From Felis catus (lineage: Eukaryota), in contig NC_058368.1 of assembly GCF_018350175.1 (NCBI RefSeq), forward strand, positions 135,348,001 to 135,412,000: a DNA stretch of 64,000 nucleotides, given 5' to 3'. How positions within the stretch are numbered: position 1 is the first letter of the stretch; every line of letters begins with the position of its first letter. Made by a program: the position numbers and the translations under genes. This document shows, piece after piece, positions 12,241-24,878 of the stretch. The notes beneath the pieces were generated by a model, which did not search any database, had not been told where the DNA came from, and saw only the letters and a program-made list of their open reading frames with translations.

Positions 12241-12605
12241 CACCCATTGCCATACTTCTAGAACCTTCCTATAAAAGGAGTACGCACCCTCACCCTACTG
12301 ATGTTGGGCTTGGTCGTGTGACTTGTTCTGACCAATTGTATGTGAGGGGATATGGCACGTACACACGCAAGCAGAAGCTTTAAGAACCATTGTGTGTGGA
12401 TTAGCAATATCTCTCGTTCTCCCTTTGACATGAAATCACCCATTAGGATTTCTCCTTTTTCCTGGCCTTGCAAATGAAGACAAATGGAGCAGAGGCATGA
12501 CTGAGCAGTAGTCAGCATAAACTGTGAGTGAGAAATAAACTCTTACTGTTGGAAGGCACTAAGATTTGGGGGTTGTTTATTAATACAGCATAACCTAACT
12601 ATGCT
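12241..12605 (+). mobile_element. MaLR LTR (MLT1-type)
   Basis: GTGACTTGTTCTGACCAAT..GTGAGTGAGAAATAAAC..GATTTGGGGGTTGTTT..CAGCATAACCTAACT. Confidence 0.75.
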
Positions 12606-14612
12606 TTAGCGGAGTTATATATTAACCAAAGGGTATTGACTAATAGAGTAAAAGTCAATGTAGGCAAAGACGTCCAGCAATTTGCTGCAGTTTTCCTTCC
12701 TTGACATTTTTCTAAAACATATGAAAAATATCCTGAGGCTTAATTGCTAATTGTTTGCAGGACAGAATGAAGATTCAAAACAAGGTAAATAAACTGAAAC
12801 AATGGGCTAGGTCTAGCAAGAAGTCACTTAACTAGAAGAAATGGAAGATCCTCCCCACAACTGCTGGATAAGGGAGATAGCAGTTCCCATGAAGTTTTAT
12901 TTGATAGTCAATAGAATAAAAGGCAAGAGTATGAATTGGCTGCCAAAAAACAAATGGATCCCATGCTGCAGCCATAGAAATGTGGCGCCCCAAATGGAGT
13001 TTTAAGTGTGATCATTTTAATTTATTAAATTCCCCCCTCAAAGTGTAGAACTTAAACTGAAAAGACTTAAATTTGGTTTAACTCCAAAAAGACAGTCACT
13101 AAGTTGTACATGCCACTTGTAAATCTTGTAGGAGAGAAGAAAAGGGAAATTTCAGGGAGGTGAGGGGCGGAGAATAGGAGGCCACCACCATAAGGGTGTC
13201 TAAATATATGAATTTAATTATTTGAAAACTTGTCTTTTGGAATAGGCATGAGAATTATTCTGCATGACTCTGAAGCATAAAACAAAGTCATAGGGGGTAA
13301 AGAGAGAACTTTCAACAGATTCCTCCAAAGATCGAATGGGCAGCTTAAGATGCTTTGGGATAGAGATCCATGCATTAACTCAGATATGGATTGGTCTCAA
13401 AGATGGCAAAAGTTTCTTCTAAATGAGAATCAAAACCAATTTACACAGGGCAGGAATGAATGAAGCCAGTGGAATACCTTGGGGAGGCTATTAATAATTC
13501 ACAATTTGCAGTTCATGTTGGAAAATGAATTTCACTAACCAAGGAGAAGTGCTAAAAAGGTATTATTGAAGCACAAAGTGGGGGAAGGGAACCACAGCCA
13601 AGACAGCCAATGGGCAAAGTAGATTCAGGAATAGGCTGATGTGTCATAGGTGGGCTTTCTTTCTCATGTCAGCAAAAGAAAGGCACATCTTTGGCAAACT
13701 CTCTGCTTTAGACCTGGCATTTCCATTTTTTATTTCTCTAAAACAGAGGGGATATGGTTATGGGGATACAACTAGTCCCAACTGGTAAAAGAAAGGCGAG
13801 TGGCCAACATAAATATTATAGCATAAGGCTGAACCAGAGGAGAAATGAGAAGAAAAGATCAGTCACTCCAAAAACGTTCTCTCAAAATAAAAGGTCAAGC
13901 CAAGGAAAGCCACAGATGCAACACCGCAAACCCAAGGAGAGCTTTAATCAGGAAAACCTGGCCTCAGGCACGCACGTGCATGCAGCTTGCTACCCGCCTT
14001 TCTGTGTGCCATTTTCTGACCGGAGACAGGAGGTTCATTCATGGCCAGATGAAAAAGCAATACACACTTGAAATGGCAGCCCTGGTAGGATTCATGTTTC
14101 CACAGCTTTTTTCCTCTTCCTCTCATAAATCTCATTCTATACACTCTCCCGGGCCATCACACTTGATCTTATTGTTTCAACTATTGTCTTTGGGCTGACC
14201 GCCTCTAAATCTAAACCTGCAGATCAGATCTGTCAGAATAACTAAAGACCTTCTATCTTACTGTTTATTAAACACCGCCCCCTTGAATCACCTACTGACA
14301 CTTCAAACTTAAAATGTCCAAACCTCCCACATATATCCTCCTGCTATATTCCCCTCTACCTGAGTTCCTGCAACATCTTCCTAACTGGCCTTCATGATTT
14401 CAATCTTACCACCCTCCAATCTATTTTCCACACCACATTCAGAGTACTCTTTCTACAAATGTAAGTCTTATCACATCCCTCTTCTTGTAAAACTCTTTAG
14501 ATATTGCCTTTTGCCACCAAAACGAAGTTCAAAATGGCTAACGTGAAATATAAAGCTCTTGTATTCTGGCCTGTGCCCCATCCCTAACCTCTCTCTAAAC
14601 ATCTTCCTCCTT

Positions 14613-14704
14613 GCACCTTTTGGGATGAGCACTGGGTGATGTATGGAAACCAATTTGACAATAAATTTCATATATTGAATAAATAAATAAACAAACAAAC
14701 AAAC
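14613..14704 (+). mobile_element. Very short feline L1 3' end
   Basis: GCACCTTTTGGGATGAGCACTGGGTGATGTATGGAAACCAATTTGACAATAAA + tail, between TSD copies 1 and 2. Confidence 0.9.
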
Positions 14705-14728
14705 AAACATCCTCCTCCTTCCTAAATA

Positions 14729-15393
14729 GGAACCCTCTTGCACTGTTGGTGGGAATGCAAACTGGTGCAGCCACTCTGGAAAACAGTGTGGAGGTTCCTC
14801 AAAAAATTAAAAATAGAACTACCCTATGACCCAGCAATAGCACTGCTACGAATTTACCGAAAGGATACAGGAGTGCTGATGCATAGGAGTACATGTACCC
14901 CAGTGTTCATAGCAGCACTTTCAACAATAGCCAAATTATGGAAAGAGCCTAAATGTCCATCAACTTCGTTATCCAACGAATGGATAAAGAAGATGTGGTT
15001 AATATATACAATGGAATATTACTTGGCAATGAGAAAGAATGAAATCTGGCAATTTGCAGCAACATGGATGGAATTGGAAGGTATTATGCTAAGTGAAATA
15101 AATCAGTCAGAGAAAGACAGATATCATGTTTTCACTCATATGTGGATCTTCAGAAATTTAACAGAAGACCATGGGGGAGGGGGAGGGGGAAAGAAAAGTT
15201 AGAGAGAGGGAGGGAGGCAAACCATAAGAGACTCTTGGATGCTACGAACAAACTAAGGGTTGATGGGGGGTGGGGGAGAGGGGAAAGTGGGTGATGGGCA
15301 TTCAGGAGAGCACCTGTTGGCATGAGCACTGGATGTTGTATGGAAACCAATTTGTCAATAAATTATATTAAAAACAATAATAAATAAAATAAT
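14729..15393 (+). mobile_element. 5'-truncated L1: ORF2 C-terminus plus 3'UTR
   Basis: ORF 14738-15202 [33 protein letters not shown] is the L1 ORF2p C-terminus; 3'UTR and tail follow. Confidence 0.97.
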
Positions 15394-16077
15394 AAACATC
15401 CTCCTCCTTGCTCTCTCCCTTCCACACACACCTTCATCATTAAGTTACTTATTTTATCCTACTTTCTTCCTAACTCTGAGCCTTTGTACTTTCTTTTCCT
15501 TTTGTCTGGAATGTCTTACCTCTTTGCTGCCATTTCTAACCACTGGATCTGACTCAAACTTTGGGACCACTGGGAAGCCTAGAAGACCCCATCAGTACCC
15601 TCACAATATGCCCTCGGCCTTCTACAGACTCTCTCCTTACATTCCAACAGTTTCCTGCATCTCACCATGTAAAGACATGTGTGGGCCAGGGGATGGCATT
15701 CCACTAATCAGCCAGGGTAACACACAGGAGTAACTCTCAACCATTGAGTTAGAAGTTCCCCCCTTGGTAGGACAGTTCTGAAATACCGTCTATGCTTTGG
15801 TAAGTGTACATAAAAGTCTTAGCAAAGATCCATTCAAATTTTTCATCTATTTTTGCGTAATAAAATGTAAGTATAATTAGCATACAAAGACTCAGTCTAT
15901 AAAATTCAAAAAGCAGCAACGCTCAAAATGAGTGAAAAAATTCAATGCAAAGTACTGTTATACACTTACAGATCGAAAAAAAAGACGAAACTTTCCTAAG
16001 TAATATGGAGTCAAAAGGGGGGAGCACAGTGACTATTTTTCAAATAGTGAGAATACTAAATATCAAAAATTATTATA

Positions 16078-16295
16078 GGGGCGCCTGGGTGGGTCACTGG
16101 TTAAGCATCTGACTTCGGCTCAGGTCATGATCTCACAGTTCGGTTCATGGGTTCGAGCCACGCGTCGGGCTCTGGGCTGACAGCTCAGAGCCTGGAGCCT
16201 GCTTCAATTCTGTGTCTCCCTCTCTCTCTGCTCTTCCCCCACTCATGCTCTGTGTGTGTCTCTCTCTCTCAAAAATAACAAACATTAAAAAAAAT
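16078..16295 (+). mobile_element. Can-SINE
   Basis: Full body; TSD AAAAATTATTATAG on both sides. Confidence 0.96.
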
Positions 16296-16899
16296 TATTA
16301 TAGCCAAGTTGTGCTCAAAGGCAAATCCATAACTTTTATGCTAGTATACATAGCCTAGTATAATAGTGTAATACTAATTAAACAAAAAAGCTTGAAAATA
16401 AATGAATTAAGCATTCAGCTGAGTAAATCAAAATTGTTTTAAGGCCACAGCCACCTAAGAAATAAACTAACATGAAGGTGAAGGGAGTAATCAAAGAACC
16501 AATAAACGAGAAGATCAATACAATTTAAAACTTTAGGAGCTGGTAATTAGCATAAGGAGGACAATACCATAGACATTTTCTGACACAATAAATCACAAAA
16601 AGGAAAGTCTTAGTAATATATGTAGGACACCAGAAACGAGTTGAAAATTCTGCAGAAACATCTTCTTTTATTGAGATTCTTGGTTGTCTTGATGGCTTCC
16701 AGACCTACCATGTCTTCTACAACAAGACAATTTTGGTGAAGCTACAGAAACTACAATGTCATTTCCCTTGTGTTTAAAAAAATAATAATAATAATAATAA
16801 AACTGATTTTTTAAGGCTACACCCTTTATCATATTTTAATTTTGATAAAATTTGTCTCTATTATTGTAAATATCCCCAAAGATATGTATCTTAAAGCCC

Positions 16900-17098
16900 T
16901 AAGGTTTACAGCTGAAAACAATGGACTGCCTATGACAATGGATACAAACGCCATTGGAGAATTTTCATGATAATTTCAATGATTTTGTTATTCTTTAAAC
17001 CTTTTTTTCTCATAAGTCCTGTAATTTTTAGTGTACAATTTTGTAGACCAAGAGGTTTTTCAGGAACACATATTGCATCAAATCAAAAATACCTGTAT
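16900..17098. mobile_element. Possible Tigger-like DNA transposon end
   Basis: TTTTTCAGGAACACATATTGCA..TACCTGTA terminus ending in TA. Confidence 0.35.
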
Positions 17099-17282
17099 AG
17101 ATAAGAATTTAGTATATAATAAAGGAATCATATAAACCAAAAGACAAAGTATGGGAAGTTAAAAATAATAATGTTAAAAATAGCTAGCAATTTTGGTGGG
17201 AAGACAATTAAATATTCACCTTAGATCAAAGAAAATTCCAGATAATTGAATATAAAAGATAAAGGTATAAGAAAATTTTAAT

Positions 17283-17419
17283 GGAGTGCCTGGGTGTCTC
17301 AGTTTGTTAAGTGACTGGCTTCGGCTCAGGTCATGATCTCATGGTTCATTGGTTTGAGCCCCGTGTCCAGCTCTGTGCTGACAGCTGAGAGTCTGGAGCC
17401 TGCTTCAGATTCTGTGTCT

Positions 17420-17458
<39 letters not shown>

Positions 17459-17522
17459 CCTCCCCCGCTAGTGCTCTGTCTCTGTCTCTCAAAAATAAAC
17501 AAAAATGTTTAAAAAAAATTTA
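17283..17522 (+). mobile_element. Can-SINE
   Basis: Full body; TSD TAAAGGTATAAGAAAATTTT / TAAAGATACAAGAAAATTTT. Confidence 0.95.
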
Positions 17523-18401
17523 AAGATACAAGAAAATTTTTAAATAGATAAATATTTAATGTTAAAAGAGGGGTGGAATTTCAAAACACAGAAACAATAG
17601 AAGAAGTCACAAAGGAAAAAAATGAAAACACTTCATCAAATAAAATTTCTAAATTTTATTGGTCAAAAACATTTTTAAAAATAACAAAAATGCTGAGAAA
17701 TATTTGCAAAGGATAATATATTTTGTTAACTCAAGAATAAGAGAAAAAAAACCTCCAAGACACACACATACACAGGATCATCAGAATAAAGGAGAGAAGA
17801 GAGAATAATATTTTCAAGGGAGAAGAAAGTAATAATGTACTAACACATTTGAAAATCCTAATGAAGTGAACCTTTTCTGAGAAAAATGTCAACTCGCAAA
17901 AAGTAGCAAACATGAATAAACGCATATACAGGGGGAAAGGTTTACATATGCATATTGAATGATTACATTCCAAAGCAGGTTTATTAGTAAGTTCTCTCAA
18001 ACTTGCAATAAACAGTGACTTTTGCAGATATGAAAAGATGGAAAGATACCCAATTTAGTGCTTGAAACTAGCTAACTGATACCAAAACTTAACCAATTAG
18101 CCTCAGGGAACCTTGTTTCTGAAAGACTCTCCCTAGTAAGGAGCCCACACTGTACTTTTCAAAATACTCACACATCATAAATTTCCTGGTTTCCTCTGCT
18201 CTGATGGACACACATGCCAATGAGCCTCATGCTTGTCCTCTTGCCAACATTCAACCTCACGTACTCAGACATATTTGGCCTTAGGCACTAAGGCTGAATA
18301 CAGTCTCAAAACAGCTTTGGTAGGAAAGGCTGGTACATGGAAGGGAAAATAAAGGCTCCCTGGCCCTACGTTCAATCCTCCCATCAAAAAGTTGCCTATA
18401 A

Positions 18402-18615
18402 GGGGCACCTGGGTGGCTCAGTCAGTTGAGTGTCCGACTCTTGATTTCAGCTCGGGTCATGATCCCAGGGTCATGGGATTGAGCCCCACAATGGGCTCTG
18501 TGATGAGCATGGAACCTGCTTGGGATTCTCTCTCTCTCTTCCTCTGCCCCCCCCCCCACTCCTGCTCTCACTCTCTCTCTCTAAAATAAAAAAAATTAAA
18601 TTAAAAAAATGTTTA
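18402..18615 (+). mobile_element. Can-SINE (older subfamily)
   Basis: GGTCATGATCCCAGGGTCATGGGATTGAGCCC; TSD AAAGTTGCCTATA. Confidence 0.95.
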
Positions 18616-19365
18616 AAGTTGCCTATAGAAATTTCTCTCCTAGGTATATACTTAACAAAAATGCATACATATGTTCACCATGAAACATGTACAGGAATGT
18701 TCAGAGCAACACCATTCAGAGTTGCCAAAAAGGTACAGTTGCCAACACTATGCATAGTCTGCCACGTCCATCTATAGCAGACAGGACTGGGACAAGAGTG
18801 AGGTAAGTGCAGCAAAATTTAAAGGAGTGCCAAAAAAAAAAAAAATCTCATAGTCAAGATAAACAATATTTCAATGCAATATTTTTTCAATCAAAATTAT
18901 ACAAAACATCCATGATGAACAGGATATCACATTTTTTTAAACAGGCAGGATCAGGCTTTTGCCTCAGGCTGCAATATGACTCAACACAGAATTTAAAGAA
19001 TGGACAAATAAATTGTGGAATACTATACAGCAATGGGAATGAGTGAGCTACAAGCACATACAAGAGCATGGATGAATCTCACAGACATAATGGTAAGTAA
19101 CACAAGCCAGACACAAAAATGTATGTACTGAGGATTCAAAAGCAGGCAAAGTTCAAGTTCAAAAACAGGCAAGACTAATTTGGGTATTACAAGTCAGGTA
19201 GTGGTTTCCCCTGGAAGGGAACATGAGTAGGTTTCTGGGACTCAGGGAATATTCTATTCCTTGATCTGTATGGTACGTGGGTTTTACGTGGGAAAATTCA
19301 TTAACCTGTTCACTTGTGATTTGTGCACTTTTTATATGTGTTATACTCTAATTCAAAAATTTTTA
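18616..19365 (+). mobile_element. Old L1 3' end interrupted by a hAT element
   Basis: CCTAGGTATATAC..AGAATGGACAAATAAATTGTGG..GGATGAATCTCACAGACATAATG. Confidence 0.8.
18781..18990. mobile_element. MER96B-like hAT fossil
   Basis: CAGGACTGGGACAAGAGTGAGG..CAAAATTTAAAGGAG..CATCCATGATGAAC. Confidence 0.65.
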
Positions 19366-20326
19366 AGAGTTGTCTTACTGGGAAGTTAAAATATATCGAA
19401 GCAAGTTGGAATTGAGTTGAGTCCCCTGGAGGAGGAGGAAGAAAAGCAATCAGAGCTGCAGGAGGCAGCTTTTAGGGCACTACCTTATTTCTGGGCTTCT
19501 ATCCTCGACTAACCCCAAGGCCAAAATAAGTAAAGTGAATTCTTCATTAGCAAGCATGGCTAGGACCCAACGGACACCATGTGTTCCACTCATTCAGAAC
19601 ATTGGGCTGTCAGGAGTTAACCCTCCAGTGGGCATGATTCACCAAGTATTAATTACAGTTGCTGCTTGCTCAGATTTTTCCGGGGATAGGACAGGACAGC
19701 CCAGATTTCATCCAAATCCCAGAGGAACCTTTCCTCTAGACACCAGACCCTGCCATATCAGACATGACAAGACTTCCAAGCAGTAGACAAGGCAACAGTC
19801 CAGGAGACTGCCAGTCACTGGCCAGTTCTGCCAATACCCCCACGTGGCTGTCAGCATGACCAGCAAAGAAAGTGGCAGTCTCCCTGCAGCCCACCACAGA
19901 AGTCACTCACTGAATGGCAGGGCAGGAGCACACTGGGGGCAAGGAAAGGCCATTTCAAAATGTGAATTAGAACCAAACGTGGTAAATTGTGGCCTAGTTC
20001 CTAAACAGGAGCGGAGTCTGTCCTGGCTACCAATAGTACCCAGCCTCACTGCCAAGCCTGCAGAGGCTTTTCAGTGGGAATACTTGGCTGCTTTGGACGT
20101 TAATAGCCCCTGAAAAGGGGAAGGCAGCAGGCAATGCGAATGGCCAGCAGATTTTTTTCCTGAGTGTCCAGGAAATGCTAACAAGGCCATCACTAATCTC
20201 CTTGAAAAGGAAATGATCATCCAGGCACCCCTTTCTGAACTCAGGCCTAGGGACTATACCCACTTGCCAGTGGTCAACTTGTTCCTTTTCCCATTCCTAA
20301 AGCAGTTTCCAAAAGCAGCTGGGGGC

Positions 20327-20680
20327 TACAGCATGAATGGACCACAAAGGCATTATGCTAAGTGACATAAGCCAGTCACAAGAGGACAAATACTGCATGA
20401 TTCCACCTAGATGATGAACCTGAAGTAGTCAAATTCATAGAGGCAGATAATAGAATGGTGGTCACCAGGGACTGGGTTCAGGGAAATGGGAAGGGTGGGA
20501 AATTATTGTTTAAAGGGCAAAGGATTTGCTTTGGGAAAATGAAAAGAGTCTGGACATGGATGGTGCTGTTGGTTGGACAACAATATGAATGTACTTAACA
20601 CCACTGAACCATATGTTTAAAAATGTTAAGTTTTAGGTTATGTATATTTTACCACAATTTTAAAAAGAAAAAAAAAAAAA
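20327..20680 (+). mobile_element. L1MB-like 3' end
   Basis: CATTATGCTAAGTGACATAAGCCAGTCACAAG..GTAGTCAAATTCATAGAG..AATGTACTTAACACCACTGAAC. Confidence 0.88.
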
Positions 20681-22059
20681 CAGCTGGGGAAATTCAAATT
20701 CTCAACCATATCCCCCAGGCGGTGAAGTCATCTTATCTCCCATCAGTTCTGCCCCTTAGGCTATGCCTTGACCCAGGTCTACCAGTGAGCTCAGCAATTT
20801 GTCTCCAGAATGTAGTCAGGACAAGAAGGGCCTTTCTTCCTCATCCTTTCCCCAACACACCTCTTCCCCACACACCTACCAGGGAGGTAAATTGACCAAT
20901 AGAGTTATATCAAAAGACTGAACTAAAATATTAAGGAAATAGTTCAAGAGACAACCCTGAACAAGACATTAGGAAGAAGAAAGGTCAGTAGCCAACCTTG
21001 GATGGCATATCCAATGTAGTTTTCTGCAGAACTTTTCATTCTATTATTTCCTTTCTTCAGTCTTCCCATCAGATACTTCTTCCCCAAACCTAGTTTCAGG
21101 TCTCCCGCTCAAGAAAAAAAACCCTCTTTCGGGAAAGGAACCCAAAACTCAATCCCAATGAAGGTATAAAGTAAAAGCTTTAACTTGTTATCTCCAGTAA
21201 GAGTATCAGCTCACAGATTTTTTTTCTGCAAACATGGCCTTAGGTGAAATCTGACTGAAGGACTTCATGAAGGGAATAAGAGAACTGGCAGGGAAGGAGG
21301 GGCATAGAGGTCTTCAGAAACTCCTGAAGGAATATTTGATAGCTGTCTACTTCTCATCAAACAGTCCTAAGTTTTCCTCTGCAAAGACTTCTCTGTAGGT
21401 CCCACTCACAGATTTCTAAGCACGGATAAGAAGAGAAAGCCAGGAATTATAAGAAAAATATATATATAATTGCTACTTTTTTGGCATTTACTATATGTAA
21501 TACGTTATCCTATTAGTCTTAACCACTGCCTTATAAAGAGAATATTATTATTCACATTTGACAAATACGGAAACTAAGACTTTGCAAGAGAAAGCAATTA
21601 CCTATTGTTTACCTTCTATATAAACACACAGATAGTCATGAATGGTCTTTTCCACATTTCCCTTTCTCTCAATTTTCCCTTTCTTCTCCATTTCTCCTTT
21701 CTCTTCATTCTCATTTAAGTATCGTGGACTCAAAATACCTGGACCCCCAGGCATTAAAGCACAGAAGTCAAGATCACACTCTAGAGTCCAAGAGTCCCTG
21801 TGTTTGAACTTACCAGTTACTAATTGAAAAACCTGTGTATAGGTGTTTGCAGCATCAAATCATGTGTCTGAGAAAGCATGTCTAAGAACGAACCCTATCT
21901 AATAAACACCCTTTATGTAACAAAGTTGTCTTCAGAATAAAAACCTGTAAAAAGATGTCTGAAAATGTAAGTCAGAACTAAGTACTGTGAACACATTCTA
22001 TCTGGTTTGATCCACATCAAAGACAGCATGTTGCAGTCCAGATTGTACCAACTCCTCCC

Positions 22060-22760
22060 ACATTCAGCAACAAATACATGTTGAGCACTGCTGTGGGATA
22101 GGAGATACAAAAATGAATAAGAGCCAGTCTTCATCCTCAAGCAGTTCAGAGTCCAGGAAAGGATAGAGATAACTAGACAAGTAAGTGAGCAGCATGACAA
22201 GTTATAATACAAAGACGGACACAAAGCAATGGGTCACAAAGAAGCGGGTGCCTTGATAGGACCGGGAATACAGAGGAACAAAAGAGGGAAACATTTCATA
22301 GCAGAAGGGAATAGCATGTGCAGAGACACAGAAGCCTGAAGGAACATGGCACCCCCAGGTAGCTACAAGTGGTTCATGGCTAGAAAACAGGTGTGAAGTA
22401 TGGCTGGGGACACAACTGGTCAGGTAGGCTATGGCTACTTAGAAGGTCTGTCAGTCTCTCAAGAGTTTGGATCTCACTGTGCAGGTAATAGGAAACTATT
22501 CAGGGTTCTTAACTTAGCAGTGATGAGATGCAAAGCTCGTGTGACAAAGATTACTTAGGTCACTGTGTTGGAAGTAGATGGGAAGGAAGTGGGAACAAGG
22601 ATACCCATGAAAGCTCATGTAGTTGTTCAAGGGAAAGAGAATTGGGGCTCGAACAACAGATTCAAGAGATTTTGTCTGGGAGATTACACAGAATCTGGTG
22701 AAGAGAAGGGGTGTGAAGGAGGAAAGATTTAAAACCATTCCAGTATTTTGGGCTTATAAG
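22060..22760 (-). mobile_element. L2 3' region
   Basis: CATTCAGCAACAAATACATGTTGAGCAC..GGGAATAGCATGTGCAGAGACACAGA. Confidence 0.8.
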
Positions 22761-23151
22761 ACAGTAGCCAACTGTTCAGCAAAGGGAAGAACACTCTCCC
22801 GTCAGTGAACATCACAACACATCATGGAAGCGTGTGGATAATCTAAAGCCTGTGAGTGCCTATCTACAAAGTAAGGGAGCCCAGAAAAAGCAACCTTTAG
22901 TTGTTCTTAAGATTCACCCCCTCTCATTGCTCCATCTTTCATTCTGCTCACATGGGCTCAGCACAAAGCAAGACCTCCATGAGAGCTGGTCCTTCTGCAC
23001 AACCTGCCGTCCATGCCCAAATGCAGGCTGTACCAAACTCATCTGTGTGTGCTGTGCAGAATCCTCTCCTTTGGGTTGCTGAAGTATGGCTTCAGGTAGT
23101 TAATCACCATGATGCAGCATATCTTTATTTTTTTAAACCACAATGGGCTGA

Positions 23152-23372
23152 GGGGCGCCTGGGTGGCTTAGTCGGTTGAGCACCCAACTTTGGCTCAGGT
23201 GGTGGTCTTGTGGTTCATGAGTTTGGGCCCCGTGTCAGGCTCTGGGCTGACAGCTCAGGGTCTGGAGCTGCTTCAGATTCTGTGTCTCCCTCTCTCTCTA
23301 CCCCTCCCCCGCTCGGTCTCTCTCTCTCAAAAATAAAAACAAACATTAAAAAAAGGAAAAGAAAAAAAGAGA
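23152..23372 (+). mobile_element. Can-SINE
   Basis: GGGGCGCCTGGGTGGCTTAG start, CT tract, A tail. Confidence 0.95.
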
Positions 23373-24544
23373 AAGCAGCTGGGCCTCTAAAGACTCCTGA
23401 AATTCTTATATGTCCTTAATTCATCCACAGTACAAGGACTGCCAGGCAGTTCACCTGGGTCATCTGGCTCGCCTGCCCCAACCCAAGCCATGCAGTCAGC
23501 CAAGTCTGTCGGCAATACCCTCTGGGCTCAAGTGTCTTTGAGACTAATTGCCTGCAGGTCACAGCCAGAGAGTACACATTTATTCCCTCTACCTGAGGGA
23601 ACATTTAGTCTTATTAATTTTTCACTATAGTCTTTATCTCTCATAAGGCTATACACACATGTTAGCTATAAAAATGCTCATCAGATCATTATTTATAACA
23701 TCAAAAAAGTTGCAAACCATCTGAATTTTCAACAATAGTGTACAAATAAATGAAAGCCCATCTATATCATGGAATAGTATGTAGCCTCCCAAAACGTTGT
23801 TCCATAAAGGGATCTAGCATATACAAACATGCTCACTACAGAATGCATGGCCGGGGACACATACTCTTACAACATAAGCTCCACGAAGCAAGGGCTTTGC
23901 TTTGTTCATCAATGTCCTCTTAATGTCTAGAACAGGGCTAGGCATATGGTAATCATTCATTAAACATCTGCTGATTGAATCATATAAGAAGTGGGAAAGG
24001 CAGATAACACAAGAGTGTGGTTCCATTTCTGTAAAGAGAGGCACATACACACATATATGTAGACAAGGATCTGGAAAAATATGCATCAAAATGTTACCAG
24101 TAGTTTTCTCTAGGTGGGTGGGCTTTTCTAAACTCTTTTATTTTTATCTTTTTTTTTTTTTTTTCTGTGCACTGTTGAAGGTTCTATCGTAGCAAGGACC
24201 AAAACAAAAAAACTACTGAGGGTGGGGATTAGAAGGGAGATCCAATTACAAACTGAGGCCTTGCTTCTCAAGTTCACCTATGCACTCACTGTCCTTTGCA
24301 TGCCAGAATAACACTACATTATCTATCCACGATCTCACATGTAACCCAGAACACTAATTTGCACTAACACAGAACATACCCCTTGGTGCTAACTTCATTA
24401 CCAGCCTCTATTCCAACTAGTGGCAACAGGACCGCCATCAACTCTTGATAGTCCCTCATGACTGAGCTCTGTGGGAGCATCCAATTCCCTACCCCCCAAC
24501 TGAGAAAGTTTTACTACTCTCTTCATAGAAATAGATTGCCCACT

Positions 24545-24808
24545 GGGGCGCCTGGGTGGCTCAGTCGATTAAGTGTCCAACTCTTGATTGTGGCTCAGGT
24601 CATGATCTCAGGATTCGTGGGATTGAGCCCTGCAAAGCCTGCTTGGGAACCTCTCTCTCCCTTTCTCTCTCCGTGTCTCTCCCACTCCCCACTCATGCTT
24701 TCTCTCTGTCTCTCAAAAATAAATAAATAAACTTTTAAAAATCCTTTTAGAAGAAGAAGAAGAAGAAGAAGAAGAAGAAGAAGAAGAAGAAGAAGAAGAA
24801 GAGAAAAA

Positions 24809-24860
<52 letters not shown>

Positions 24861-24878
24861 AAAAGAGAGAGAGAGAGA
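24545..24878 (+). mobile_element. Can-SINE with internal deletion and expanded microsatellite tail
   Basis: TSD AGATTGCCCAC at 24533-24543 and 24876-24886. Confidence 0.95.
24749..24878 (+). repeat. Compound (GAA)n(GAAA)n(GA)n microsatellite
   Basis: Directly visible; 130 nt of only A/G. Confidence 0.98.

Larger units (their letters stand above)
9950..13390 (+). mobile_element. Fragmented CR1/L3 LINE RT region (pieces ~9950-10290, ~10680-10810, ~12620-13390)
   Basis: Degenerate colinear CR1-like motifs: GTCCCATTTTTAAG..GGCAAAACTCTAGA; AGATTTCAG; GACAGAATGAAGATTCAAAA..GAAACAATGGGCT. Confidence 0.6.
14130..15620 (+). mobile_element. L2 fragment interrupted by two L1 insertions
   Basis: CCTAACTGGCCTTC..CCCTCCAATCTATTTTCCACAC..CCTTTGTCTGGAATG. 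Confidence 0.7.

Noticed and set aside
14738..15202. 154-aa ORF as a host gene
   Set aside because: It is the L1 ORF2p C-terminus of a 5'-truncated insertion.
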